A model generated the notes under the pieces. That model was given only the letters and a program-made list of their open reading frames with translations. It was not told the DNA's origin and ran no database searches. The translations under genes and the position numbers were made by a program. Positions 19,982 through 28,443 of a DNA stretch of 64,000 nucleotides are shown one piece after another. Source of the DNA: a virus (lineage: Duplodnaviria > Caudoviricetes); the IMG/VR virus record IMGVR_UViG_3300021431_000016, positions 1,906 through 65,905 of that record, one strand, 5' to 3'. Every line of letters starts with the position of its first letter. Position 1 is the first letter of the stretch.

Positions 19982-20352
19982 AGAAGCACTACATTGACAT
20001 AGTGGGGAAGTGGGCTTTTGTCTTCGCCTATGACATCGGTGAGGATGATGTCGACGAGATGGGCGACTGGCTAGAAGCTCTTGGCGCAAGACGCAAGGAG
20101 ATAGAGCACGCCTGTGATGTGATACTCGGGAAGAACAAAGGGTTCACTTACAGCAACCCCGACCTGCGCATGAGCCTGATGTGCGTCGGCAGAGCATCTT
20201 CCATAGACCAGTGGTTTGACAGCATGACTCACGAGGTGGACCATCTGCAATGGGAGATTATGCAGTACTACGACGTTGATCCCGGCACGGAAGAGGCGGC
20301 GTGGCTCCAGGGATACATCGTGAGGATGATAATCAAGGCGATTGCCAGATAG
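19978..20352 (+). CDS. Small putative zincin metallopeptidase
   Basis: THEVDH (HExxH) followed by EEAAWLQG. Confidence 0.55.
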   Translation: MKKHYIDIVGKWAFVFAYDIGEDDVDEMGDWLEALGARRKEIEHACDVILGKNKGFTYSNPDLRMSLMCVGRASSIDQWFDSMTHEVDHLQWEIMQYYDVDPGTEEAAWLQGYIVRMIIKAIAR

Positions 20353-20376
20353 GCAGTCGCTTTTTTTTGTTTGTAG

Positions 20377-20420
20377 TTCGTTGGTTGCAGAATAAGGTTA
20401 TCTGTCAATAACTAAATTTG
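20377..20420 (+). promoter_or_regulatory. Late promoter, copy 2 (lysis operon)
   Basis: TTCGTTGGTTGCA at 20377-20389, N23, TAAATTTG at 20413-20420. Confidence 0.8.
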
Positions 20421-20444
20421 TAGGTTAATAAAAAATCAAGCGAA

Positions 20445-20741
20445 ATGGAAAAGACATACGACACAAACAAAGACGGACATGTCGGTTGGAAAGAGCTGGA
20501 CTTCCGTGATAAAGTTGCATACACGATGGCGATTATCCTCATTGCCAGTGGTATCATCATGGCGTTCTTGTGCTTCTTCCTGACAGGTGACTACAACGTG
20601 ACGGACGGAGTGCTATTCTATTGTAGCGAAGTGTTCGTGACAGGTGGCGCGCTGTTAGGTATAGCCACCTACGTCAAGGGAAAATTTGGAGAGATTAGTA
20701 GTTATATACACAATAAACTTGACCATGATGAGGACTCTTAA
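20445..20741 (+). CDS. Holin candidate
   Basis: 98 aa, two hydrophobic segments, directly before the endolysin. Confidence 0.7.
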   Translation: MEKTYDTNKDGHVGWKELDFRDKVAYTMAIILIASGIIMAFLCFFLTGDYNVTDGVLFYCSEVFVTGGALLGIATYVKGKFGEISSYIHNKLDHDEDS

Positions 20742-21546
20742 GACAGGATGCAATGGTGACGAGGTCAAGACCTTGCAGAAACTTCTTAACAAGGAGGGAT
20801 ATAATCTTGTTGTCGATTCGGACTTTGGCCAAAAGACGCACGATGCTCTTGTAGCATGGCAGAAGGCTCACGGCTTAGTTGCCGACGGCATCGTTGGCCC
20901 CAAGACATGGGCAGCGCTGATGACTGTTGCAAAAAACGCAACAGTCGTTGACCCAAGTGTGATATACATGCCCTTGAAGTCTTGCATCACAAAGACACCG
21001 AACAGGACAATCAGGTACATTGCCATCCACTACACGGCTGGTGCGAGTTCTGCCCCTGGGAGCGCCAAGACCATGAAAGCTGGCTGGGAGAAGGCGAAGC
21101 GTGCCTCTGCCGATTTCGGGGTTGATGACGGTACAATAGTTCAGTTCAATCCTGACCTGAAGGGCTACAGATGCTGGTCGGTCGGTGACAAGAAGAACCC
21201 TTACAGTGGCGGCGGTCAGCTCTACAAGATCGCTACCAACAGTAACACTCTCTCCATTGAGATTTGTTCTAACCTAAGGGCGGGCTTTGACAGGAATGTT
21301 CTCAACCACGGCGGCTGGTATTTCACCGAGGAATCACTTGCAAATGCTGTAAAGTTGACGAAAATTCTCATGAAGAAGTTCAACGTGCCCATTGAGAGAG
21401 TAGTCAGGCATTATGACATCTCTGGCAAGGTGTGCCCATCTGTATTGGGATGGAACAACGCTGCCATCTACACCAAGGACGGCAAGCGCACGGCAGAGAA
21501 GAGCAACAGTTCAGAGTGGGAGAAATTCAAGAACAGGCTTAAATAA
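20725..21546 (+). CDS. Endolysin: peptidoglycan-binding domain plus N-acetylmuramoyl-L-alanine amidase (Amidase_2-like)
   Basis: LKTGCNGDEVKTLQKLL..DGIVGPKTW PG-binding repeat; IAIHYT, SIEIC, RHYDISGKVCP amidase motifs. Confidence 0.9.
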   Translation: MMRTLKTGCNGDEVKTLQKLLNKEGYNLVVDSDFGQKTHDALVAWQKAHGLVADGIVGPKTWAALMTVAKNATVVDPSVIYMPLKSCITKTPNRTIRYIAIHYTAGASSAPGSAKTMKAGWEKAKRASADFGVDDGTIVQFNPDLKGYRCWSVGDKKNPYSGGGQLYKIATNSNTLSIEICSNLRAGFDRNVLNHGGWYFTEESLANAVKLTKILMKKFNVPIERVVRHYDISGKVCPSVLGWNNAAIYTKDGKRTAEKSNSSEWEKFKNRLK

Positions 21547-21618
21547 GATAAGGTGGTCGCACTTGGTCAGCGGGTTTGAGGAATGCGACCGCCCATCTTT
21601 CAACAACACAATGATGAT

Positions 21619-22206
21619 ATGAAGAACGAAAGCGAAAATCTGCGTGGATGTACATCGGTGGGTGTATGTATGCTGCTGATTGTGGTGATATGCCTTCTTT
21701 TGGCTGTGTGCTCTTGCAAGCCGCAGCAGAAAATCGTGGAAGTGGAAAGGCTGGTGCACGACACAACAACCGTGGTGGATACTGTACACGTCAAAGGCAC
21801 CGTCACTCTGCACGACTCAATCTACGTCACGGAGACGGTGACGGAATACGTCAAGGACTCCACACAAACCAACGTGGCATTCAAGTACTACACGTTCGAC
21901 AGCATAGGCAACATATCGAGTCTTCTGGACTACACCTCAAACACACAGCGCGGCACAACGGCTCATACGGCCACGCAGAGCGCTTCAACCAACGTGAGCG
22001 AACAATCCGCCATGCATGAAGAGAAAGGCGCCCACAGCGAAAGCACAGGGCACACAGAGGCATTGCAGTCGAAGGAGCAGGTAAAGCCAGGACTTACAGG
22101 GTGGCAGAAGTTCGTGATGGGGATGGGATACATCTTCATAATTGTCCTGGCACTTGGCCTGATGCTCGGAGGGGCTCTGCTCTACGGCAGATGGAGAAAA
22201 TTGTAA
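21619..22206 (+). CDS. Putative unimolecular spanin
   Basis: N-terminal lipoprotein signal (LLLAVCSC) and C-terminal transmembrane helix, last gene of the lysis cluster. Confidence 0.6.
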   Translation: MKNESENLRGCTSVGVCMLLIVVICLLLAVCSCKPQQKIVEVERLVHDTTTVVDTVHVKGTVTLHDSIYVTETVTEYVKDSTQTNVAFKYYTFDSIGNISSLLDYTSNTQRGTTAHTATQSASTNVSEQSAMHEEKGAHSESTGHTEALQSKEQVKPGLTGWQKFVMGMGYIFIIVLALGLMLGGALLYGRWRKL

Positions 22207-22239
22207 TTGTTCATAAAATAAGTGTTTAATTGAATCGCA

Positions 22240-22268
22240 GCCGTCCCGTTCGTGATGAGCAGGGCGGT
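22240..22268. terminator. Hairpin between spanin and integrase (convergent)
   Basis: GCCGTCC...GGGCGGT stem with inner GTTC-GTGAT-GAGC. Confidence 0.5.
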
Positions 22269-22273
22269 TCCTT

Positions 22274-23368
22274 TCACATCTTCCCTTCGAGGATGTCGAA
22301 CCCCTCGTCGACATCTTTCTGGAGGACTTTTGCGTATATCTGCGTCGTCTTTATGTTGGAGTGGGCGAGCATACGGCTCACGGTCTCAATCCTTATTCCG
22401 CTGGATAGTGCGATGGTGGCGAATGTGTGGCGCCCGACATGCATGGATATATGTTTCTTTAATCCTGTGATTTTCTCAATTTTCCTCAACTCCACATTGG
22501 CGTGTGGGTTGGACAGGATGTTGAGGTTGTAGTCATATTTCTTGAGTATAGCCATCGCTTTTGGAAGAAGGCGCAGCTTGTACATCGAGCCTGTCTTTCT
22601 GCGGCGGTCTATGATGTACGGTTTGCCTTCGGTCATAAAGATGTCGTCCTTGCGAATCTTCACGAGGTCTACATATGCGAGGCCAGTATAGCAGGCGAAG
22701 AGAAAAAGGTCACGCGCCTGCACCTTGCGCCCTGTGAGTTTCACGTTCTCCACCTTCTCGAGTTCTTCCTGTGTAAGATAGCATATCTCCTTCCCCTTGC
22801 CTTTGGGTAGCTCCACCTTTAAGAGAGGGTCATTGGATATGAGGTTCTCTTTCATCGCAAGACGCACATACTTGCTGAACACGGCGTGGTAGTTTCTCAC
22901 AGAAGTAGGCACCATTCCTTCAGAGACCATCTTATCCACGGCCCTCTGTATTTTAGAGTGCGTTAGGTCGGCGAAATCGTTGATGCCGTTCGTGTGGTAT
23001 TTGCGCAACACGTCGAGCTGCGCGTCCTTTGTGGATTGGCGCAGGTTGGACTTCTCGGCGGCGGCTGTTGCCCATTCGTAGAAGTTCGCCTTGTTGTAAG
23101 TAATCGATAGAGAGAACGACGAGAGGTCGAAGCTGTCTTTCTCTATCTGCTGCTGGAGTTGGTTGAGCAGAATGTTCATTGACGAGGATAGCACCTTGTT
23201 AAGCGATGGCGCAGTCTTGCACCCGCTGATGATGCCCTTGGAGAATGTGGCGCCCTCGGGAACCTGGACGCCTGTGGAAAGGTACCGGCGCTTCCCTTCA
23301 TAATATACACAAGCCTCAACCTTACGGTTGTGTTTTCTGTTGTAGATGTAACTGATTTTTGGCAGCAT
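22274..23368 (-). CDS. int: Tyrosine integrase, Bacteroidales type
   Basis: RDLFLFACYTGLAYVD, RRKTG, HVGRHTFAT, MLAHSNIKTTQIYAK catalytic motifs; N-terminal arm-binding domain. Confidence 0.95.
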   Translation of the reverse strand: MLPKISYIYNRKHNRKVEACVYYEGKRRYLSTGVQVPEGATFSKGIISGCKTAPSLNKVLSSSMNILLNQLQQQIEKDSFDLSSFSLSITYNKANFYEWATAAAEKSNLRQSTKDAQLDVLRKYHTNGINDFADLTHSKIQRAVDKMVSEGMVPTSVRNYHAVFSKYVRLAMKENLISNDPLLKVELPKGKGKEICYLTQEELEKVENVKLTGRKVQARDLFLFACYTGLAYVDLVKIRKDDIFMTEGKPYIIDRRRKTGSMYKLRLLPKAMAILKKYDYNLNILSNPHANVELRKIEKITGLKKHISMHVGRHTFATIALSSGIRIETVSRMLAHSNIKTTQIYAKVLQKDVDEGFDILEGKM

Positions 23369-23388
23369 ATTGTATAATTTTTAGATAG

Positions 23389-23648
23389 TGGTAACAAAGA
23401 TTGGTAGCATTTCGGTAGCAAAGATATACTAATAATTTCGTATAATTGCGCATAATTGCGTTAAATAAAGTTAACAGCGAATTTCGCAACTCGCTGATTA
23501 TCAGTTAAACCGTTGTTAATTACCACATTCCTTTCAATACTATTGCAAATAAAAAGAGTAAATTTTTCTGTTGTCGGGGATGTGTGAGGGTCAGCGAGTT
23601 GTGTCATATATATAATAATGTGGTAGCAAAAAAGTAGCATCAGTAGCA
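23389..23648. other. attP-like region with arm-type direct repeats
   Basis: NGGTA(G/A)CA three times at 23389-23420 and NNGTAGCA three times at 23621-23648; inverted CAACTCGCTGA (23487-23497) / TCAGCGAGTTG (23591-23601). Confidence 0.7.
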
Positions 23649-23876
23649 CCATCCGCAGGGTGTGCGCCCCATGCGTTTGGCTTTTTCGAGTGAAACGGCG
23701 ATGACTTCTTTGGAGCATGAGCTGAGCCCTCGGCAGTACCTGTCGCAGTGGTAGCGTTTGGACTGCGGTCCTGTACAGATGTATACCGTGCCGCCTGCCT
23801 GCGGTGTGGATGGTTGTTCACTTGTGCTGAAAGCGCAGCACATGATTGTCGCTAATATTAATAATGTGTGTTTCAT
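23640..23876 (-). CDS. Small secreted Cys/His-rich metal-binding protein
   Basis: Signal-peptide-like N-terminus; VYICTG..KRYH..C..L..C...RTPCGWCY. Confidence 0.7.
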   Translation of the reverse strand: MKHTLLILATIMCCAFSTSEQPSTPQAGGTVYICTGPQSKRYHCDRYCRGLSSCSKEVIAVSLEKAKRMGRTPCGWCY

Positions 23877-23892
23877 AAATTTCCTTATTTAC

Positions 23893-24267
23893 TTAAAAGG
23901 TTTCTTTTATCTCTTCAAGTTCGCCATAATCATCTTCTTTTGCTCGGTCTCTTATATAATGAAGGACTTTAGCGGCATACCTGCCAACATCTTGGGGTGT
24001 CTCGTCCTCAATATACACATCGTCGCCATCTCCATAAATAAATTGTCTCTTTTCTTCAAAATAAAAAGCCATTGTGTCGCAGAAGGCGACAAGAGCTGAG
24101 TCTTTCTTATGAAGTCTTTGCTCAAGGCTGTCAACGGCAGCAAGGACAGCATCTTCTTTGTCGCCTGCTGCACAACCTTTTGCGAAGTAGCCAACACCGA
24201 AATACAAAGCAACTACGAATATTAAGGCCTCAAGCATGCTCTGCCTATCACTTTTGACTTTTCCCAT
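23893..24267 (-). CDS. Hypothetical membrane protein co-transcribed with the repressor
   Basis: N-terminal TM helix ending KGC, overlaps the repressor stop. Confidence 0.65.
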   Translation of the reverse strand: MGKVKSDRQSMLEALIFVVALYFGVGYFAKGCAAGDKEDAVLAAVDSLEQRLHKKDSALVAFCDTMAFYFEEKRQFIYGDGDDVYIEDETPQDVGRYAAKVLHYIRDRAKEDDYGELEEIKETF

Positions 24268-24947
24268 TATAGTATTTGCATGTTGATGATTGCTGTTACG
24301 CGGGCGAAGCCTGTGATGTCACTCATATTTATATAATAAGGTGCGAAGTTCTCGCCTTTGTTGGCGGGGACGCATTTCACATATCCATCCTTTTCGCTCT
24401 CGGCGATGTATTTCACGGTGAAGCCTGAGCGTGTGGCGATGGCGTATCGCTCTCCGTACTCTATAAAGTTCTCGTTCCAGGGGCGCAGGCAGACTATCGC
24501 CCCGTCGTTGATGGAGAGCTCGGGATGCTCGGTGTCGATCATCGAGCGCCCATGGACCTGCACTGCGAAGTCTCCGTCCTTGACTTTGAGGAACGGAAGT
24601 TTCACATCGTCTACTTTCTGGGCACTCATGATAGGCGCACCTTCTCCTTGCAGATAGCCGCCTGTGAAAATCTCCTCGTCGAAGAATGGAAGAGCGTTCT
24701 CATTTTTGTTACCGTTGGTATCAACTATCTCACCGTTCCCATCAAGATAAGGTTCTCCTTCTCCATCTTTCAACCAGTTGTAGTTTACACTGAAGGCGTC
24801 ACTGATTTTCGCCAATGTTCTGTCCGTTATATTTTGTTCTCCCGAAAGCATTTTTCGGAAGTTTGAGGGTGCTATACCTGCCTGATTAGCAAAGGCATTG
24901 GGGTTCATTCGTGCATCCCTGACAAGTCTTTTTAGCCGTTCTTTCAT
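24267..24947 (-). CDS. CI-like repressor (XRE HTH plus S24 peptidase)
   Basis: N-terminal HTH (NAFANQAGIAPSNFRKMLSG); VHGRSM catalytic Ser and TVKY catalytic Lys. Confidence 0.9.
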   Translation of the reverse strand: MKERLKRLVRDARMNPNAFANQAGIAPSNFRKMLSGEQNITDRTLAKISDAFSVNYNWLKDGEGEPYLDGNGEIVDTNGNKNENALPFFDEEIFTGGYLQGEGAPIMSAQKVDDVKLPFLKVKDGDFAVQVHGRSMIDTEHPELSINDGAIVCLRPWNENFIEYGERYAIATRSGFTVKYIAESEKDGYVKCVPANKGENFAPYYINMSDITGFARVTAIINMQIL

Positions 24948-25013
24948 ATCTTTATTAATGTTAAATTATCTTTTATTATCTTTAATTATTTGGAATTATC
25001 TCACGGCAGGTAT

Positions 25014-25021
25014 TAACTTTG
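25014..25021 (+). promoter_or_regulatory. Rightward lytic promoter -7 element
   Basis: TAACTTTG divergent from the repressor gene. Confidence 0.65.
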
Positions 25022-25105
25022 TCACCGAAAGTAACAAGCAAGTGAAAAGATTGTTGTTACCGATTGCGACATTTTGAGTTAAGTTCGCAAAGATAAAAAA
25101 TAAAA

Positions 25106-25315
25106 ATGGAAATAGCAAAAATACATACCGAAAAAGTTTTGAGCCTGCCGAACACGTTGCGCAACATGCCCATTGGCAGAGAGCAGGTGATTCCGAGTCG
25201 CGTGTTCTCGACTGGCAGCATCCGCAAGACGGCGAGCAAGCTCAAGGCAGAGGGCTATCTCTTTGAGGTAAGTTCCAAGGGTATTGTAGACACTTGCGTT
25301 ACAAGGCTGAGATGA
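25106..25315 (+). CDS. Small protein in the Cro position
   Basis: First gene divergent from the repressor, basic. Confidence 0.6.
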   Translation: MEIAKIHTEKVLSLPNTLRNMPIGREQVIPSRVFSTGSIRKTASKLKAEGYLFEVSSKGIVDTCVTRLR

Positions 25316-25545
25316 CACAGGAACAGCAGATACGGCAGCTAACCGCCAAGGTCAACAAGTTGACGGCGATGGTGGAGAAGTTACTCGACGAGCGTGGCCA
25401 GGAGAACAACCTGATGACCGTTACCGAGTTTGCCAAGGCTGTGGGTTGCTCGAAGGGTACGGTTCTTAACCGCATCAAGGCAGGCATCTACGGAGCCGAG
25501 CGCCACGGCAAGCTGTGGTATCTCCCTGCTCCAAGCCGCAAGTAG
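25312..25545 (+). CDS. Excisionase-like HTH protein
   Basis: LMTVTEFAKAVGCSKGTVLNRIKAG..GKLWY pattern. Confidence 0.75.
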   Translation: MTQEQQIRQLTAKVNKLTAMVEKLLDERGQENNLMTVTEFAKAVGCSKGTVLNRIKAGIYGAERHGKLWYLPAPSRK

Positions 25546-25794
25546 TTCATTGACATTGTTGTTATGTGACTGCCCACACTGCACGTTAGGGAAACAGGGC
25601 ATCCTGCCGCAAAGCGGCGGGGGTTGAACCCACAGGCACTGCGTGTAGAGGTAAAAAGGCAGAGGAGCAAAGTCGCTGGTATCTGGTGATCCAGACGAAG
25701 GTACGGTCCCAATTAGCGGTGAAGGGATAATCAAGAAGTTAGGGGTGATTCACGCTTCCCCGAACGGCACGCCAGCGCAAAGGTGAAGACTACT
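25541..25794 (+). ncRNA. Candidate multi-branched structured RNA
   Basis: At least eight mutually nested stems in an ORF-free gap (see findings). Confidence 0.45.
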
Positions 25795-25989
25795 AATCGT
25801 TTCTTCATGATAAATATTGAAAGAGCCGTGGCCCAATGGCTGAAGAGAGGTTTGCCGCCTCCCACGGCTCCAATGTTTGTTTTCTAATTTTAGATTATTT
25901 TTTTAAGTTAAGCACATTAGGATGCACTCATTAATTTTTGTGATTTATTTGCCCCCTTCATCCGTAAGGACCAGGGGGATTTCTCTTAT

Positions 25990-26038
25990 GGTGGCGTAAT
26001 ACTGGACTAAGGTAAGCGGTTCGACTCCGCACGCCGCC
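25990..26038 (+). ncRNA. tRNA-like half element (acceptor stem plus T-arm, no anticodon arm)
   Basis: GGTGGCG/CGCCGCC stem with GCGG-TTCGACT-CCGC arm; only 18 nt between the arms. Confidence 0.6.
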
Positions 26039-26141
26039 GCGATTTATACATCATTATATTACATTCCTTTTTAGTTGTGATGGCCAGTGGTCCGTGAGGA
26101 TAACTGGTCTTCCTTTTGAATACAAATAAATCTATATAATT

Positions 26142-26417
26142 ATGGCAAAGACGTTACAAGTGGCCAAATGGGTGGTGAATATCATCCTCGGCCTGGGCTG
26201 CTGGCTCATCGTCAACGAGGGCAGCAGCATTATCCCGAACCTGGTGGGGCTGGCATGTGCCGCCCTGCTGATAGTAATCAACCGCAAGGCGATGCCTGCG
26301 ACACAAACTAACAACAAAACAGAAAGACATGGAAGAGTTAATCAAAATCCAATCAGAATTAAAGGCACCGAAGAACAAGTACAACTCTTTCGGCAAATAT
26401 TCTTACCGTTCATGTGA
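26142..26417 (+). CDS. Small membrane protein
   Basis: Two hydrophobic helices; the 3' part overlaps erf, so the end is uncertain in function. Confidence 0.5.
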   Translation: MAKTLQVAKWVVNIILGLGCWLIVNEGSSIIPNLVGLACAALLIVINRKAMPATQTNNKTERHGRVNQNPIRIKGTEEQVQLFRQIFLPFM

Positions 26418-26913
26418 GGATATTCTTGAGGCGGTAAAGCCGCTACTGAAGAAACATGGTTGCTACATGACAATTACCGACGACGTATTTGTAGCAGGCG
26501 ACAGGTTCTATATCAGAGCAACTGTATCCCTCGTCAACAAGGATGGCAAGAGCGTGATTGGCGTAGGTTTGGCGCGTGAAGACAAGAGCAAGGCTGGAAT
26601 GAGTGAGTCACAGATAACCGGCACGGCAAGCAGCTATGCGAGGAAGTATGCGCTCAACGGCCTGTTCCTCATCGACGACACCAAGGATGCCGATACCGAC
26701 GAGTATAAGGTAGAGAACGAAGCAAGGGCGAAGAAATCCAAGAAGGACAATTCGGCAATCAGCATCATCTCTCCTCTCACTGCCGCCATCGCCGAGTGCA
26801 ACGCCGCCAAGAACAAAGATGAACTGATGGCAGTGTGGAATAACCACGCCGACCTTCACAGTGACAAAGATTTCATGCTCGCCATGAGCACTAAAAAGAA
26901 GGAGGTAGTATGA
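26329..26913 (+). CDS. erf: ERF-family single-strand annealing protein
   Basis: IQSELKAPK..NSFGKYSYRSCEDILEAVKP..QITGTASSYARKYALNGLF..DDTKDAD. Confidence 0.9.
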   Translation: MEELIKIQSELKAPKNKYNSFGKYSYRSCEDILEAVKPLLKKHGCYMTITDDVFVAGDRFYIRATVSLVNKDGKSVIGVGLAREDKSKAGMSESQITGTASSYARKYALNGLFLIDDTKDADTDEYKVENEARAKKSKKDNSAISIISPLTAAIAECNAAKNKDELMAVWNNHADLHSDKDFMLAMSTKKKEVV

Positions 26914-27842
26914 CAGCACTGAAAGAACCAATAGGCGTTTCCTTCGATGAAACCAACCATGTGTACACATACGAAAAAAAAGGGAACGGCGCCATTCAGG
27001 TCACACAGCTAAGTGGTGTTACTGCTCTGCTTGGTCGTCAGCTTTTCAAGGACAAGTACGATGGCATCAGCAAAGGCATCATGGAGAAAGCTGCCGAGCG
27101 TGGAAACCTTATCCACCGCCAGATAGAGATGTTTGAGACCTTCGGCGGCGACAACCTCGCCCAGGAAGTGGACGCCTACAAGAAGATGAAGGCGAAGAAC
27201 GAGTACGAAACGGTTGCCACCGAGTGGCTTGTGAGCGACAGGGAGCATGTTGCCTCAAGCATCGACGTGGTATTCGAGAAGGACGGCGAGATAATCCTGT
27301 GCGACATCAAGACAACGAGCAAGCTCGACATGGAATATCTGTCATGGCAGCTGTCCATCTACAAGTATCTGCTGCTGCTCGACAACCCTAAAGTGAAGGT
27401 CGGCAAACTCGTCGCCTGTTGGCTTCCTAAAGAGCAGTACGGCAAACCCAAGATGGTAGAGGTGGAAGAGAAACCCGCCATGTGGATAAAGGAACTGATA
27501 GCATGCGACGCCAGGGGTGAGCAATGGCAGATGCCCGAGGACGCCCTTGAGATTCTCAAAGGTCAGGCGCTTGTCGTTCCACAGGAACTCACCGAAGCAA
27601 TCTCACAGGTTCTCATCATGGAGAACATGGCAAAGGCCTGCAAGGAGAGACTGAGGGCACTGATGGAAGAGCACGGCATAACCAAGTGGGAGAACGAGGA
27701 CTTTGTCGCTTCACTCAGTCCAGACACCGAGATGACCACGTTTGACAGCAAGGCGTTCAAGGCCGACAACCCTGAGGAGTACGAGAAGTATCTCAAGACT
27801 TCCACACGCAAAGGGGCGTTCAAGGTCAAGTTAAGAAAGTAA
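26910..27842 (+). CDS. PD-(D/E)XK exonuclease (Cas4/RecB-like)
   Basis: SGVT, RGNLIH, SSIDVV, CDIKTT, WQLSIY motifs; next to erf. Confidence 0.8.
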   Translation: MTALKEPIGVSFDETNHVYTYEKKGNGAIQVTQLSGVTALLGRQLFKDKYDGISKGIMEKAAERGNLIHRQIEMFETFGGDNLAQEVDAYKKMKAKNEYETVATEWLVSDREHVASSIDVVFEKDGEIILCDIKTTSKLDMEYLSWQLSIYKYLLLLDNPKVKVGKLVACWLPKEQYGKPKMVEVEEKPAMWIKELIACDARGEQWQMPEDALEILKGQALVVPQELTEAISQVLIMENMAKACKERLRALMEEHGITKWENEDFVASLSPDTEMTTFDSKAFKADNPEEYEKYLKTSTRKGAFKVKLRK

Positions 27843-27953
27843 ACTCCGTCCCTGTCACGGAGAAAAAGAACTTTTTTCATATTTCGGTTTTGTGAATAAT
27901 AGTGGCGCGGACAGGGCGCGCCTTTTGAATATTAATTTTAAAACTACATAACT

Positions 27954-28367
27954 ATGCAGCAGATTTTATTGCACGGCAATATAGGCCGTGACGCGGAGCT
28001 CGTGACATTCGGTGAGCGCCAGCAAGTGAAGTTCACTCTTGCCTGTACCGAGGGCAAGGGAGAAAAGAAAGTGACAACATGGTATGACGTACTGTCGTAT
28101 GCCACAGCCGTCCAGCCATATCTTTTAAAAGGCAAAGACGTGGTGGTTACGGGGAGGTTGAGTGTGCGCACAAGCCAGGGAAAGGACGGCAAGACCTACA
28201 CCAACCTCAACGTTTATGCCGACGGCTTAGAACTGTGCGGCAGGCGCGACGACAGCCAAACGACTACCGACCCGAAAGTAGAATACCATCCCAACTATGA
28301 GGGTTACAATGGTCCCGCCAACGCACAACCCCAGCCAGTCCCTGAAAACGACGGACTGCCATTTTAA
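27954..28367 (+). CDS. ssb: Single-stranded DNA-binding protein
   Basis: GNIGRDAE, KGKDVVVTGRL, acidic DGLPF tail. Confidence 0.9.
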   Translation: MQQILLHGNIGRDAELVTFGERQQVKFTLACTEGKGEKKVTTWYDVLSYATAVQPYLLKGKDVVVTGRLSVRTSQGKDGKTYTNLNVYADGLELCGRRDDSQTTTDPKVEYHPNYEGYNGPANAQPQPVPENDGLPF

Positions 28368-28443
28368 TTGTTTTTTTATACGTCCCCTGTTGTGCGTCGA
28401 GACAGTTTGCTTGGCGCACAACTTTTCATTTGAGACATGAGAC

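Noticed and set aside
23568-23585. TTGTCGGGGATG as a tRNA-Pro-derived att core
   Set aside because: Match is too short and is not followed by a T-loop complement
25990-26041. Possible genuine tRNA gene
   Set aside because: Only 49 nt, no D arm or anticodon arm, no CCA; kept as a tRNA-like element instead
26910-27842. Cas4 as evidence of a CRISPR system
   Set aside because: Context next to erf and ssb indicates a recombination exonuclease; no Fe-S Cys cluster pattern, array or other cas genes
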